DNA of 64,000 bases from a virus, in the IMG/VR virus record IMGVR_UViG_3300014835_000015, positions 4,477 to 68,476 of that record. The stretch is one strand, 5' to 3'. Below the pieces are notes generated by a model, which saw only the letters and a program-made list of their open reading frames with translations, was not told the DNA's origin and searched no databases. How positions within the stretch are numbered: position 1 is the first letter of the stretch; each line of letters starts with the position of its first letter. Shown here piece after piece: positions 39,351 through 49,257 of this stretch. Position numbers and translations under genes: made by a program.

Positions 39351-39387
39351 GAACTTCTTACTTAATTGTAGGAAGTTCCTATTTTTT
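39351..39387 (+). terminator. Intrinsic terminator after RNAP2
   Basis: GAACTTCTTA-CTTAATTG-TAGGAAGTTC then T-rich tail. Confidence 0.7.
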
Positions 39388-39530
39388 CTAAACCTAAATA
39401 CTATTATCTGAAAAACACAGAATTCGTACTATGTCATACCTAAGCTTTAATGAGCTATTTGAGGTACTTATCAGTCTTATACTATAAAGTGTCTTAAATG
39501 AGCTTGTAGGAACTGTAAGAGGTATATTTA

Positions 39531-39740
39531 ATGCTACCCATAAACAAATATTTAGCATGGAAAACTAACAACACTATTACCATACTAGACCCAAGAGGAA
39601 TTATTCTATTAGATGATACAGAGGAAGACTTTCATGAGGGTAATGGTTATTACTGTGTTGCATGTAATAAACCATTAGTAGGTAAGAACCAGAAGAAATT
39701 CTGCTCACTCGGCTGTGTTGGGAGAGGAAGGATACGTTAA
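39531..39740 (+). CDS. Small protein with a C-x2-C..C-x3-C Zn motif
   Basis: CVACNKPLVGKNQKKFCSLGC. Confidence 0.5.
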   Translation: MLPINKYLAWKTNNTITILDPRGIILLDDTEEDFHEGNGYYCVACNKPLVGKNQKKFCSLGCVGRGRIR

Positions 39741-39924
39741 TGTGGCGTTACCGCCACTACTACCCACATATAGCAACCATAAGACTGTAGTGTCAGAGCG
39801 AACTTGTGAGCGATAGACACAGATAGTCGTTGGTTGCGTTAAAGTAAAATTCTTTTAAAAACACTCTAAAAATAATAGAAGAGAGGAATCAGTTAAGTCT
39901 TTGATTTACATGGTTTAATTCAGT

Positions 39925-40082
39925 TTTACATTCATTACCACATAACTTCTATTCATCACTGTGATGAATAGATATGGTTCATTTGATGAATAACTGACAT
40001 TCATCATAAAAAAGTACAAAAAAATAATGTACAATTAAGTATTCATCATTTATAATGAATCTTTATTTAACTTAGAGATGAA
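39925..40082. repeat. Cluster of ATTCATCA/TGATGAAT sites, including an 11-bp perfect inverted repeat
   Basis: CTATTCATCAC-T-GTGATGAATAG at 39949-39971; further copies near 39984, 39999, 40041 and partial ones near 40056, 40077. Confidence 0.75.
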
Positions 40083-40084
40083 TT

Positions 40085-40582
40085 ATGACAACAAGTCTAT
40101 ATCAAACAACAGACACGCATATTGATACTGGTACAGGAGAGATTAAAGCAATAATATCTCATTCAGTAAGGAAAATAGAAAATGAAGATTCTTTTGTGAA
40201 AAAATATGTATCAAGACTAAGTACGATTAAAGGTGTTCCTTTAAGTGGTAGAGATGTTTTAGACTGTTTCCTAGGCATTATGAACTACGATGGTATTGTA
40301 GATTTAAGTACAGCTACTAAACAGGAGATTTGTGAACATTTGTCTATTACAGGTGTTGGCTTTGCTAATAATATTACTAAGTTAATAAAAGCAGACTTAA
40401 TTACTAGAGTAGGTAAAGGAAGATACTTAGTAAATCCACACTATTTTGCAAAAGGTTGCTGGTCAGATGTTCGCAAACAACGTATTGATTACATTGAATT
40501 ATCAATGAAATTTACTTCTAAAGGAGAAGAAATATCTGTAAATACAGTAATGAAAGAAGAGTTAGAAGATGATATAACTTAA
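40085..40582 (+). CDS. RepL-like winged-helix replication/maintenance protein
   Basis: IDTGTGEI..FVKKY..MNYDG..ITKLIKADLI..GRYLVNPHYFAKG. Confidence 0.7.
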   Translation: MTTSLYQTTDTHIDTGTGEIKAIISHSVRKIENEDSFVKKYVSRLSTIKGVPLSGRDVLDCFLGIMNYDGIVDLSTATKQEICEHLSITGVGFANNITKLIKADLITRVGKGRYLVNPHYFAKGCWSDVRKQRIDYIELSMKFTSKGEEISVNTVMKEELEDDIT

Positions 40583-40626
40583 TGTGGTGTTCCACCACTG
40601 GTTTACCACAAATAAAAGGATTACTT

Positions 40627-40773
40627 ATGAAATCAAATGAAATGGTAGAAGTTCCAAAAGAATGTTATGAAGAATTATTAGAGACTGAAAGAAAGTATCT
40701 TTTACTTAAAGAAGAACATAGAAAGTTTCTTCTTGTATTAGAGGAATATAAAAAAACATTTTTAGCGGGTTAA
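40627..40773 (+). CDS. Hypothetical protein
   Basis: AAGGA RBS supports MKSNEM. Confidence 0.5.
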   Translation: MKSNEMVEVPKECYEELLETERKYLLLKEEHRKFLLVLEEYKKTFLAG

Positions 40774-40775
40774 AT

Positions 40776-40985
40776 ATGAAACTTGGAGACGAGTCTATTT
40801 GCTACCAACACCATCAAGCAGAAACTATACTTGAGAATTTACTTAAGCATCCTGTATTTAATTACACTACACATGGTAATAATCTTAAAGAAGCTATTGA
40901 ATGGATTACAAAAGCAAATAATAGTGCTGTAAGAATGGAAAATAAACTTAAGGAGTATAAAGAAAGTGAAAGAACAAGAAGCTAA
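40776..40985 (+). CDS. Hypothetical protein
   Basis: ORF track, in operon context. Confidence 0.5.
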   Translation: MKLGDESICYQHHQAETILENLLKHPVFNYTTHGNNLKEAIEWITKANNSAVRMENKLKEYKESERTRS

Positions 40986-41274
40986 AGAATTAGAGTTGTT
41001 TACTCAATGGTGGAATAAAGAGGGTAATTTTGGTGAGGAACAACCTCAACATATACGTCATTGGATACTAGCTATTGCTGAACAGACTTGGTTTGCTAGA
41101 TCTAAATTAGATAAGGATAACAGTGAAAAAGAAATCAACTTGTAACGAATGCACATTCTTTAAAACATTAGGTGATACAGGAGTTAAAAGGGTATGTTAT
41201 TTGTTTTTGAATAATAACTCTTCTGTATCGCCTAGTTGTAAAGAATTTAAATCAATAACTATTAAGAAAATAAA

Positions 41275-41943
41275 ATGACTTATAAAGTAGAAGATAAATT
41301 TGAAGTAATAGCATCAGATATGTTTTCTTTAAATGTAGGAGATACAGGTAGTTTAGTAAGTATTTTAGAAGATTCTTTTTATGTACATTTTAATATAAAC
41401 CATGTTTTAAAGACATTTGCAGTTAATTTTGATTTATGTATATCTGGTTATCCACAAACAAAACTTAAAATAATTCGTGAGGAAAGTAAAATGAATGAAA
41501 TAAATATTGAAGTACCTGAAGGCTATGTAATTGATGAAGCTAATTCATCTTTTACCCGTATTGTATTTAAAAGAAAGGAAAAGAATAAAGTTACTTGTTG
41601 GGAAGATTTACCTAATGTAATAGGATACTTTGTTGATACAGGTGCTAATGTGTGTCAAACAATGTTCCAATACAAAAATGTATTTGCTACTAAAGAACAA
41701 GCAGAAGCATCTATTGCTTTAGCTATGCTTAGTCAGTTAATGAAAGATGTTAATGATGATTGGATTCCTGATTGGACTAATCGTCTTACAGAAAAGTATT
41801 CTATTAGATTTGTAGCAGAAGAAGTAACCATAAGAGCGTGGAGTGTAGAACAATGTTTCTTAGCATTTCCATCAGAAGAAATTAGAGATACGTTTTTAAA
41901 GAACCATAAAGAATTAATTATGAAAGCTAGACCTTTACTTTAA
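41275..41943 (+). CDS. Conserved-type phage hypothetical protein
   Basis: EIEVPEGYVID..VFATKEQAEASIALAMLSQL..WIPDW..FLAFPSEEIRDTF. Confidence 0.65.
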   Translation: MTYKVEDKFEVIASDMFSLNVGDTGSLVSILEDSFYVHFNINHVLKTFAVNFDLCISGYPQTKLKIIREESKMNEINIEVPEGYVIDEANSSFTRIVFKRKEKNKVTCWEDLPNVIGYFVDTGANVCQTMFQYKNVFATKEQAEASIALAMLSQLMKDVNDDWIPDWTNRLTEKYSIRFVAEEVTIRAWSVEQCFLAFPSEEIRDTFLKNHKELIMKARPLL

Positions 41944-41951
41944 GGAATTAT

Positions 41952-42008
41952 ATGAATAATCCATTACAGACAAGAAGTGATGTAATTGTAAGACGTACTA
42001 TGTTATAG
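41952..42008 (+). pseudogene. Possible relic 5' stub of a second class II RNR gene
   Basis: AAGGA RBS; MNNPLQTRSDVIVRRT resembles the TRAxIxxRRTY N-terminus of monomeric RTPR-type RNRs (from recall). Confidence 0.4.
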
Positions 42009-42131
42009 TGTATCTGTGATTCGAGTCACATAAAAAGAAATTAAACAAAGCTATATATCAAAATCATGGGGTTATTTTCTTACCCACTCGAACATGATTA
42101 GGTGTATAGCTTTTTTTATAAGATAAAGAAA

Positions 42132-42761
42132 ATGACTAAATTTGTTGAAACACCTGTAACAAACAGAAGCTTAGCTCAACGCAAATTAGTATTTGGTAAA
42201 GGTATTAATGATGCTAATTATTTATTATCTTATAAAGTAGATAATAAAACACAATCATGTCCTTATTATGTAGTCTGGAAAAGCATGTTAAGAAGATGTT
42301 ATTCTCCATTGTTCCATATAAAACAATCTACATATATAGACTGTTCTGTTTGTAATTCTTGGCTTACATTTAGTAACTTTAAATCTTGGATGATGTTACA
42401 GGATTGGGTAGGGAAACAGTTAGATAAGGATATTTTAGAAAAAGGTAATAAAGAATATTCACCCGAAAATTGTATTTTTGTTACATCTCAGCTAAACGTT
42501 TTATTAAAAGATACTCAGAAAGTTCAAGGTGATTATGGATTAGGGGTTTACTGGAATACTGAAAAAAGAAAATTTAAAGCATCGTATAGAAACAGGGGTA
42601 TAGAGAAATTTTTAGGATATTTTGTGTTAGAAAAAGATGCTATACAGGCATATTGTTTTAATAAAGCTAAATATATTAAAGAAATTGCAGAAGAACAATC
42701 CGAATTAAAACTAAAGAATGCTTTAATAAATAGAGCAAATGATTTACTTTTAACTATTTAA
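42132..42761 (+). mobile_element. HNH-type homing endonuclease upstream of nrdJ
   Basis: VFGKGINDA..WKSMLRRCY..VCNSWL..LDKDIL..YSPENC. Confidence 0.78.
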
Positions 42762-42780
42762 ATTTATTAAGGAGAAACTA

Positions 42781-44643
42781 TTGAATCAATTACAACAGTA
42801 CATTCATCAATCTAAATATGCTAGATGGGATGAAAAAAAAGGTAGAAGAGAAACTTGGGAAGAAACAATTTCTCGTTATATGAATACTTGGAAAGATAAT
42901 CTTACACAAGATGAATTGTATCTTTTAAAAGATGCTATTCATGAGATGGAAGTAATGCCTTCTATGCGAGCTATGATGACTGCTGGTAAGGCTTTAGAGA
43001 ATAATAATATAGCAGGTTACAACTGTGCTTATATGCACGTTGATAGCCCTTATGCTTTTGATGAAGCACTATATATTCTTATGCACGGTACAGGACTAGG
43101 ATTTAGTGTTGAAAGACAATTTATTACTAATTTACCATCTATACCACATTCCTTTGAAAGAGTAGAAACAACAATTATTGTTGAGGATTCTAAAGAAGGC
43201 TGGCAATCAGCATTTAGACAATTAATCTCTGGATTATATTCAGGTGTTATTTATAAATGGGATGTTTCTAAAGTTCGTAAAGCAGGAGAAAGACTTAAAA
43301 CATTTGGTGGTAGAGCATCTGGTTCAGGTGCATTAACAGACCTATTTACTTTTACAGTAGAAATGTTTACTTCCTCTAAAGGTAGAAAATTAACATCTTA
43401 TAGTTGTCATTCCCTTATGTGTAAGATAGCTGAAATTGTCGTTGTAGGAGGTGTTAGACGTTCAGCATTAATGAGTCTATCTAATCTATCAGATCAACGT
43501 ATGAGAGATGCTAAGAGTGGTTCTTGGTGGATTGAGAACAGTCATTTTGCATTAGCTAATAATTCAGTAGCATATACTGAAAAACCTGAAGTATTATCAT
43601 TCATGGATGAATGGAGAAGTCTTGTTGCTTCTCGTTCAGGAGAAAGAGGAATATTCAATAGACAAGCTATTGTTAATCTTTTACCTGAAAGAAGAAAAGA
43701 AAGAAATTATTTAGATTATGGTACTAACCCATGTTCCGAGATAGCTTTAGAATCACAAGAGTTCTGTAATTTGACTGAGGTCATTGCTAGATCATCAGAT
43801 ACCATTGAAACACTTAAAGAAAAAGTAAGATTAGCAACTATTCTAGGTTGTTTACAATCTACTCTCACTAATTTTAAAAACCTTAGACCTGAGTGGAAAC
43901 AAAAATGTGAAGAAGAAAGATTGCTTGGAGTAAGTATTACAGGTGTATTTGATTGTCCTATGCTTTATGAATTAGCCACCTTAGACACTGTTCTTGGTCT
44001 ATTAAAGCAAGTAGCAATAGATACAGCTAAAGAATGGAGTGATAGATTAAACATCAATATGCCTATGGCTATCTGTTGTATCAAGCCAAGCGGTACAGTA
44101 TCTCTTTTATGTGATACTGCATCTGGGTTACATGCAAGACATAATCCATATTACATTAGAACTGTAAGAGGAGATAACAAAGATCCTTTAACTAAGTTAA
44201 TGAAAGCTAGTGGTGTAGTAAATGAACCCTGTTTATCTAAACCAGATTCTACTACTATATTTAGTTTTGCTATGAAATCTCCTGAAGGAGCTATTTGTAG
44301 AAATGATTTAACAGCACTTCATCAACTCGAAATATGGAAGACTTATCAACTACATTGGTGTGAACATAAACCTTCTGTAACAGTCTCTGTAGCTGAAGAT
44401 GAGTGGGTTGAAGTAGGTGCATGGGTATGGAAAAACTTTGATATTTTATCAGGTATTTCCTTTTTACCTAGAAGTGAACATTCATATCAACAAGCTCCAT
44501 TACAAGATTGTTCTGAAGAAGACTATGCTAATTTCATTAGTGCAGATATTCATTGGGAACAGTTATCTGATTTTGAATTAGAAGACTCAACTACATCATC
44601 AAGAGATTACGCTTGTGTTGGTGGATCTTGTGAATTAGTTTAA
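42781..44643 (+). CDS. nrdJ: Class II (adenosylcobalamin-dependent) ribonucleotide reductase
   Basis: TTG start after AAGGAG; PSMRAMM, GYNCAY, VVVGGVRRSA, TNPCSEI, IKPSGTVS, C-terminal CVGGSCE; no small subunit nearby. Confidence 0.92.
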   Translation: MNQLQQYIHQSKYARWDEKKGRRETWEETISRYMNTWKDNLTQDELYLLKDAIHEMEVMPSMRAMMTAGKALENNNIAGYNCAYMHVDSPYAFDEALYILMHGTGLGFSVERQFITNLPSIPHSFERVETTIIVEDSKEGWQSAFRQLISGLYSGVIYKWDVSKVRKAGERLKTFGGRASGSGALTDLFTFTVEMFTSSKGRKLTSYSCHSLMCKIAEIVVVGGVRRSALMSLSNLSDQRMRDAKSGSWWIENSHFALANNSVAYTEKPEVLSFMDEWRSLVASRSGERGIFNRQAIVNLLPERRKERNYLDYGTNPCSEIALESQEFCNLTEVIARSSDTIETLKEKVRLATILGCLQSTLTNFKNLRPEWKQKCEEERLLGVSITGVFDCPMLYELATLDTVLGLLKQVAIDTAKEWSDRLNINMPMAICCIKPSGTVSLLCDTASGLHARHNPYYIRTVRGDNKDPLTKLMKASGVVNEPCLSKPDSTTIFSFAMKSPEGAICRNDLTALHQLEIWKTYQLHWCEHKPSVTVSVAEDEWVEVGAWVWKNFDILSGISFLPRSEHSYQQAPLQDCSEEDYANFISADIHWEQLSDFELEDSTTSSRDYACVGGSCELV

Positions 44644-44678
44644 ATAATGTGGTGTACCACCACTAACATCCAACAAAC

Positions 44679-44706
44679 AAAACTCCTAATAAATAGGAGT
44701 TTTTCA
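44679..44706 (+). terminator. Intrinsic terminator after nrdJ
   Basis: AAAACTCCTA-ATAAA-TAGGAGTTTT. Confidence 0.65.
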
Positions 44707-44750
44707 TTTCTATGGCTTCATAAACCATATCATTTATAAAGAGAATTAAC

Positions 44751-44987
44751 TTGAAAGGAACATATCAAATACAAATTAAAGGTACTTCAGTTGATGTTGA
44801 AGTAACAGAATTTTATCCATTTGTAAAAGGAAATACAGATGCAGCATTTGAGTTTAGTTATCCAGATGAGGAAATGGAATTTGAATATAGAGTTGATAGT
44901 GGTAATACTTTGTTAGATTTGATATTAACAGAAGATTACTATGAAGCAATATATGAACAATTAAAGACACAATTGGAACAATTATGA
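44751..44987 (+). CDS. Acidic hypothetical protein
   Basis: 78 aa, E/D-rich. Confidence 0.5.
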   Translation: MKGTYQIQIKGTSVDVEVTEFYPFVKGNTDAAFEFSYPDEEMEFEYRVDSGNTLLDLILTEDYYEAIYEQLKTQLEQL

Positions 44988-45871
44988 TTAAAGCATATTC
45001 AGGATATAACCAGTTATTACATGCTTGGATTTACGGTAACAATACATTTGAGGGACATACTCCAGGCAATAGAATGTTTGCAGAAGGTAATGACTTATAC
45101 AGCTACCGTTATGGAGCAATGATAGCTAAGAAATTAGATAATCAAACCATATTAGTAGATACAAGAAGTTTCTCTAATACGACCAGTAAACAACAGACTC
45201 TATTAGGAAGAGCTATTCCAAGTAATTGGAATGTTATTTATGTAGATGACCCTTCACAAACACCAAGAGTATTAATACAAAGAAGTATTGGTTTAATTAA
45301 GGATACTTTAGATAAAATACCAAAAGCTATTAGTAGAAAATTAGAACATCTTCAAACAGCAAATCATGAAAGAAAGAATATACACGAGTTAATTAACTTA
45401 TATCCAGAGCAATGTTCTTTAGCTGATTTTAGATGGTTAGAGAATCCTTTCCTACCAATAGATTACATTCCTAACTATGCTGAATGGCAAACCAAGGAAA
45501 ATGATAAAGCTAATAAACGTATTCTTAAACAACAAAAAGAAGATGAGTTTAGAGCATTAAAAGGTGAAGAGCAATTAGCTCTATGGTTAAACTTTGAGTC
45601 TAATTCTTGTTATTCATATCGAGGTTTAACAAGACTTAGATATAGAGAGGATACTGAAGAAGTGCAAACAACTCAAGATATTACAATTCACAAGAGTAAA
45701 GTAAAAAGAATATATGATGCTTTACTTAAGAATGAATCTTTACTCGGTGAGAAAATAGACAATACATATCCTATTACTTCTAACGCTAATAACATATTAG
45801 TGATTGGATGTCATAGATTTGATATTAACAGGTTAATGGAATTTGGTTCAAAGATATTTAAAGATGAATAA
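44984..45871 (+). CDS. Phage hypothetical protein
   Basis: 295 aa; C-terminal VQTTQ...LVIGCHRF. Confidence 0.65.
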   Translation: MIKAYSGYNQLLHAWIYGNNTFEGHTPGNRMFAEGNDLYSYRYGAMIAKKLDNQTILVDTRSFSNTTSKQQTLLGRAIPSNWNVIYVDDPSQTPRVLIQRSIGLIKDTLDKIPKAISRKLEHLQTANHERKNIHELINLYPEQCSLADFRWLENPFLPIDYIPNYAEWQTKENDKANKRILKQQKEDEFRALKGEEQLALWLNFESNSCYSYRGLTRLRYREDTEEVQTTQDITIHKSKVKRIYDALLKNESLLGEKIDNTYPITSNANNILVIGCHRFDINRLMEFGSKIFKDE

Positions 45872-46031
45872 GTATATTTGTTATTACAAAAATGAAACCA
45901 CAGAAATAGAAGCAAATTCACAGTATGAAGCTTACAAGAAAGCACATTTGTTTTGGAAAGTTCCTAAGAATAAGCACCACATGGTTTCTGTATTGTTAGC
46001 AAACATTGTACATAATCCAAACATAGTATGA
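45843..46031 (+). CDS. Hypothetical protein
   Basis: ORF track; probable start MNKYIC. Confidence 0.5.
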   Translation: MVQRYLKMNKYICYYKNETTEIEANSQYEAYKKAHLFWKVPKNKHHMVSVLLANIVHNPNIV

Positions 46032-46219
46032 AAAGAGTATTCATCGACCAGTACAATCAAGTACACAGAGCTAAAAATGTAAAAAAGTTACAAAGTAATT
46101 TAGGAGGAAAGTATATAAGGATGTATCAAGATAGTAAAGACAGTACTACATATCATATTGGATATGTAGTTGGTAATTTATGGTGTACTGAATATATTGA
46201 AAAGAGGGTAAAACAATGA
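46028..46219 (+). CDS. Small phage hypothetical protein
   Basis: FIDQY..KMY/RMYQD..HIGYVVG pattern; ATGA coupling. Confidence 0.55.
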   Translation: MKRVFIDQYNQVHRAKNVKKLQSNLGGKYIRMYQDSKDSTTYHIGYVVGNLWCTEYIEKRVKQ

Positions 46220-46584
46220 AACAAATAAAGTTTAGAGCTTGGAATTCTAAAACACAAGAAATGACTTCTGACTTTAAATCAGAAGATTATTCAATAAATA
46301 CTTTCTTTAATAATTTCCCCTTTCCTGTTATGCAGTTTACAGGTTTAAAAGATAAAAATGGTAAAGAAATCTTTGAAGGTGATTTATATCACACAGTTCA
46401 CTCTACCAAAACATACACTATCTTTTCTAAATATGGTGCATTTTGTGGCGGATTATCTTTAGAATCCTGTGTACCTTTAGCTTGGATGATATGTGAAGAA
46501 GAAAATGAAATTATTCCAGATGATGAAATATTTTCTTTAATTGAAGTTATAGGTAATATATATGAAACACCTATTACATCATAA
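46216..46584 (+). CDS. YopX family protein
   Basis: IKFRAW..MQFTGLKDKNGKEIFEGD..EVIGNIYE. Confidence 0.9.
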   Translation: MKQIKFRAWNSKTQEMTSDFKSEDYSINTFFNNFPFPVMQFTGLKDKNGKEIFEGDLYHTVHSTKTYTIFSKYGAFCGGLSLESCVPLAWMICEEENEIIPDDEIFSLIEVIGNIYETPITS

Positions 46585-48118
46585 TTCAACTGAGAAGCTT
46601 AAAATAGCTCTATTGGTTAAAGAAACATCTCTTTCATTACCTGAGATTAGAAAACACTATTTAGACCCTCTCACGGCTCTAGGATTAGATGTTTCAACTA
46701 CTATTTCATTCAGCCTTAAAGGAGATAAACCAACTGCTTCTCAAGCTAAGGCATATCTAGGTAATTTATTACCTGCATTACAATCATTAAGTATAGATAC
46801 CTTATTGGTAGCAGATGGAACTTACTTCAAATACCTAACAGGTGTAACTAAAATAGATCCACATTTAGGCTATGTCTTACCTTGTAAGATTAAGAGATAT
46901 GAACACATAAATTGTATCTTATCTTTAAACCATAAAGCTTTATTCTTCGATCCAAGTAAACAAAGCAGAATTGATTTATCACTATCCACTTTAGCTAATT
47001 ATGTACTTGGTACTCATAAAGAAATAGGTAGTGATATAGTTCACAGTGAAGTTTATCCTGACACGGTAGAAGAGATAACCTTATGGTTGGATAGATTACA
47101 TCAGTATGATGCTTTAACAGTGGATATTGAAGCATTCTCGTTACAGTTTAATGAAGCAGGAATAGGTACAATTGCATTTGCTTGGGATGAACATAATGGT
47201 ATTGCTTTTTGTGTAGATTACTTCAGTGTTCCTTATACGATGTTTCACCCTTTTTATGGTACACAGTTAGATAACAGAGATATTAAAAAACTGCTTATTA
47301 AATTCTTTGAATCTTATAAAGGAAAACTCATATACCACAGTGTAGGATATGATGCTAAGGTTCTTCTTTACGAATTATTTATGAATAACTTACTAGACCA
47401 AAAAGGATTACTTTATGGTTTAGAAATAATGACTAAAAGTATTGATGATACAAAGCTCATTACATATTTAGCTACTAATTCATGTGCAGGTAATACATTA
47501 GGTCTTAAACCAAACACTCATGAATATACTGGTAATTATGCTCAAGAAGATATTAAAGATATTAGGTTAATACCTAAACAAGATTTGCTGAGATATAACC
47601 TCACAGACTGTTTAGCAACATGGTATCTTTATAAAAAGAACTATCCAATAATGGTAGCTGATAATCAACTTGATATTTATAACACTATCTTTATTCCTTC
47701 TGTAAAAGTAATTCTTCAGATGGAACTAACGGGTATGTGTTTAGATATGAACCAAGTTCTTAAAGCAGAACAAGAGTTAGTAGCTATTAAAGATATTCAG
47801 TTATTACAAATTAAGGATAATCCTTTAATTATTCAACTTGAAAAAGACTTAACATACAGAGCATGGATAAAAGATTTTGAGGATAGACAAGCTAAAGCTA
47901 AATATCCTGAAAAGATTAAAATGAAAGAAAAAATGAAACCAGTTATATTCAATCCAGGTTCACCTAAACAGTTAATTGAATTGGTTTACAATCAATTAGG
48001 TTTTGAAATTACTGATAGAACAGATACATTAGAACCTGCTACAGGTGGACATGTAATTAAAAAGCTGTTATACTCTTTTATGTCACAAAATAACATAACA
48101 GAGGAAGATATACGATGA
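46562..48118 (+). CDS. DNA polymerase (family A, N4 gp39-like), N-terminal fragment with 3'-5' exonuclease and start of thumb
   Basis: TVDIEAFSL (ExoI), YHSVGYD (ExoII), DDTKLITYLATNSCAGNTLGLK, YNLTDCLATW (ExoIII), FNPGSPKQL. Confidence 0.92.
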   Translation: MKHLLHHNSTEKLKIALLVKETSLSLPEIRKHYLDPLTALGLDVSTTISFSLKGDKPTASQAKAYLGNLLPALQSLSIDTLLVADGTYFKYLTGVTKIDPHLGYVLPCKIKRYEHINCILSLNHKALFFDPSKQSRIDLSLSTLANYVLGTHKEIGSDIVHSEVYPDTVEEITLWLDRLHQYDALTVDIEAFSLQFNEAGIGTIAFAWDEHNGIAFCVDYFSVPYTMFHPFYGTQLDNRDIKKLLIKFFESYKGKLIYHSVGYDAKVLLYELFMNNLLDQKGLLYGLEIMTKSIDDTKLITYLATNSCAGNTLGLKPNTHEYTGNYAQEDIKDIRLIPKQDLLRYNLTDCLATWYLYKKNYPIMVADNQLDIYNTIFIPSVKVILQMELTGMCLDMNQVLKAEQELVAIKDIQLLQIKDNPLIIQLEKDLTYRAWIKDFEDRQAKAKYPEKIKMKEKMKPVIFNPGSPKQLIELVYNQLGFEITDRTDTLEPATGGHVIKKLLYSFMSQNNITEEDIR

Positions 48119-48798
48119 GAATTTTAAAAGATTTAACAGGAATTGTAGTTGGAAAATTAACCGTAATTCAAGAAGTTGAAAGAAAAATATCACCTACAAG
48201 AAGTATTCGACAATGGGAATGTAAGTGTGAGTGTGGTAATACCTGTATTGTAGTACATACACACTTACAATCAAAGCATACCTTAAGTTGTGGATGTCAT
48301 AAAATAGAACAAATTATTGCCAGAAGTACAACACATGGATGCTCTGTAAAAGATAAAGATCATCTCTATACTTGTTGGTTAAGTATGCGAGCTAGATGTA
48401 ATAACCCCAACACGATCAATTACGATAAGTATGGTGGAAGAGGTATTAAAGTATGTGATGAATGGGAAGAATCTTTCATATCTTTTAAAAAGTGGGCAGA
48501 TAACTGTGGATATTCTAAAGAATTAACAATTGATAGAATAAATAATAATTTAGGATATTTTCCAGATAATTGTAGATGGACTACAGCTACTATACAAGCA
48601 CGAAATCAAAGAAAAAGTAAAAATAGGTCATCTAAATTTATGGGAGTTACAGCTTTTAAAGAAAAATGGCAAGCAGCTATTCGTATTAACTATAAAGCAA
48701 TACATTTAGGTACTTTTAATACCGAAGAAGATGCTGCTAGATTTAGAGATAATTATATTATTTCCAATAATTTAGAGGGTTTTACCCTTAATTTTTAA
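48115..48798 (+). mobile_element. HNH-AP2 homing endonuclease inserted in the DNA polymerase gene
   Basis: YGGRGIKVCDEW..TIDRINNNLGYFPDNCRW; AP2-like WQAAI..HLGTFNTEEDAA. Confidence 0.88.
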
Positions 48799-48858
48799 TA
48801 ACAGAAGATTCTCTTAAAATTAGATGAATCATTACAACAATTATTTGAGGAATAGAAA

Positions 48859-49035
48859 ATGAAAAAAGTTACTGTTAAAAGATTACAAGATTTACTAACA
48901 TCTTTAGTAGAACAAAAGGTTATTAATGAAGATGATGAATTAATGATCTCTTGTTATGAAACCCTATGTACCATAGATGAAGATCATTGTAAAAAAGTAC
49001 AAATAGATATTAATGATAATTTAGAGGTGTCATAA
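48859..49035 (+). CDS. 58-aa hypothetical protein within the pol interruption
   Basis: GAGG RBS; MKKVTVKRLQ..LEVS. Confidence 0.5.
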   Translation: MKKVTVKRLQDLLTSLVEQKVINEDDELMISCYETLCTIDEDHCKKVQIDINDNLEVS

Positions 49036-49257
49036 ATGAAACATAAAGAAATATTTCAAAAACTTGTAGATAATGTTATCTATAATGAAGAACAGAGTTA
49101 TTATGAATATCTTTCAGAAGAATTTCCTGAGATTGATGAAGAAGATTACTTTGATATTAATACTTATGGAAGAGAAGATATGAACCATGTATATGCTTAT
49201 GCTTTACAATGTAGAGATTACTTACTGGAGAATCCTGTTAGTGAGTTAAGTACATAA
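49036..49257 (+). CDS. Acidic 73-aa hypothetical protein within the pol interruption
   Basis: ORF track; stop overlaps the next ATG. Confidence 0.55.
   Translation: MKHKEIFQKLVDNVIYNEEQSYYEYLSEEFPEIDEEDYFDINTYGREDMNHVYAYALQCRDYLLENPVSELST

Noticed and set aside
40085-40582. Evidence of lysogeny or prophage state
   Set aside because: No integrase, repressor pair, att site or host genes in the window; RepL alone is insufficient.
48118-49257. Group I/II intron or intein explaining the first polymerase split
   Set aside because: The gap is filled by coupled ORFs; no P7 (GACTA/TAGTC), domain V or intein C/HN termini seen.
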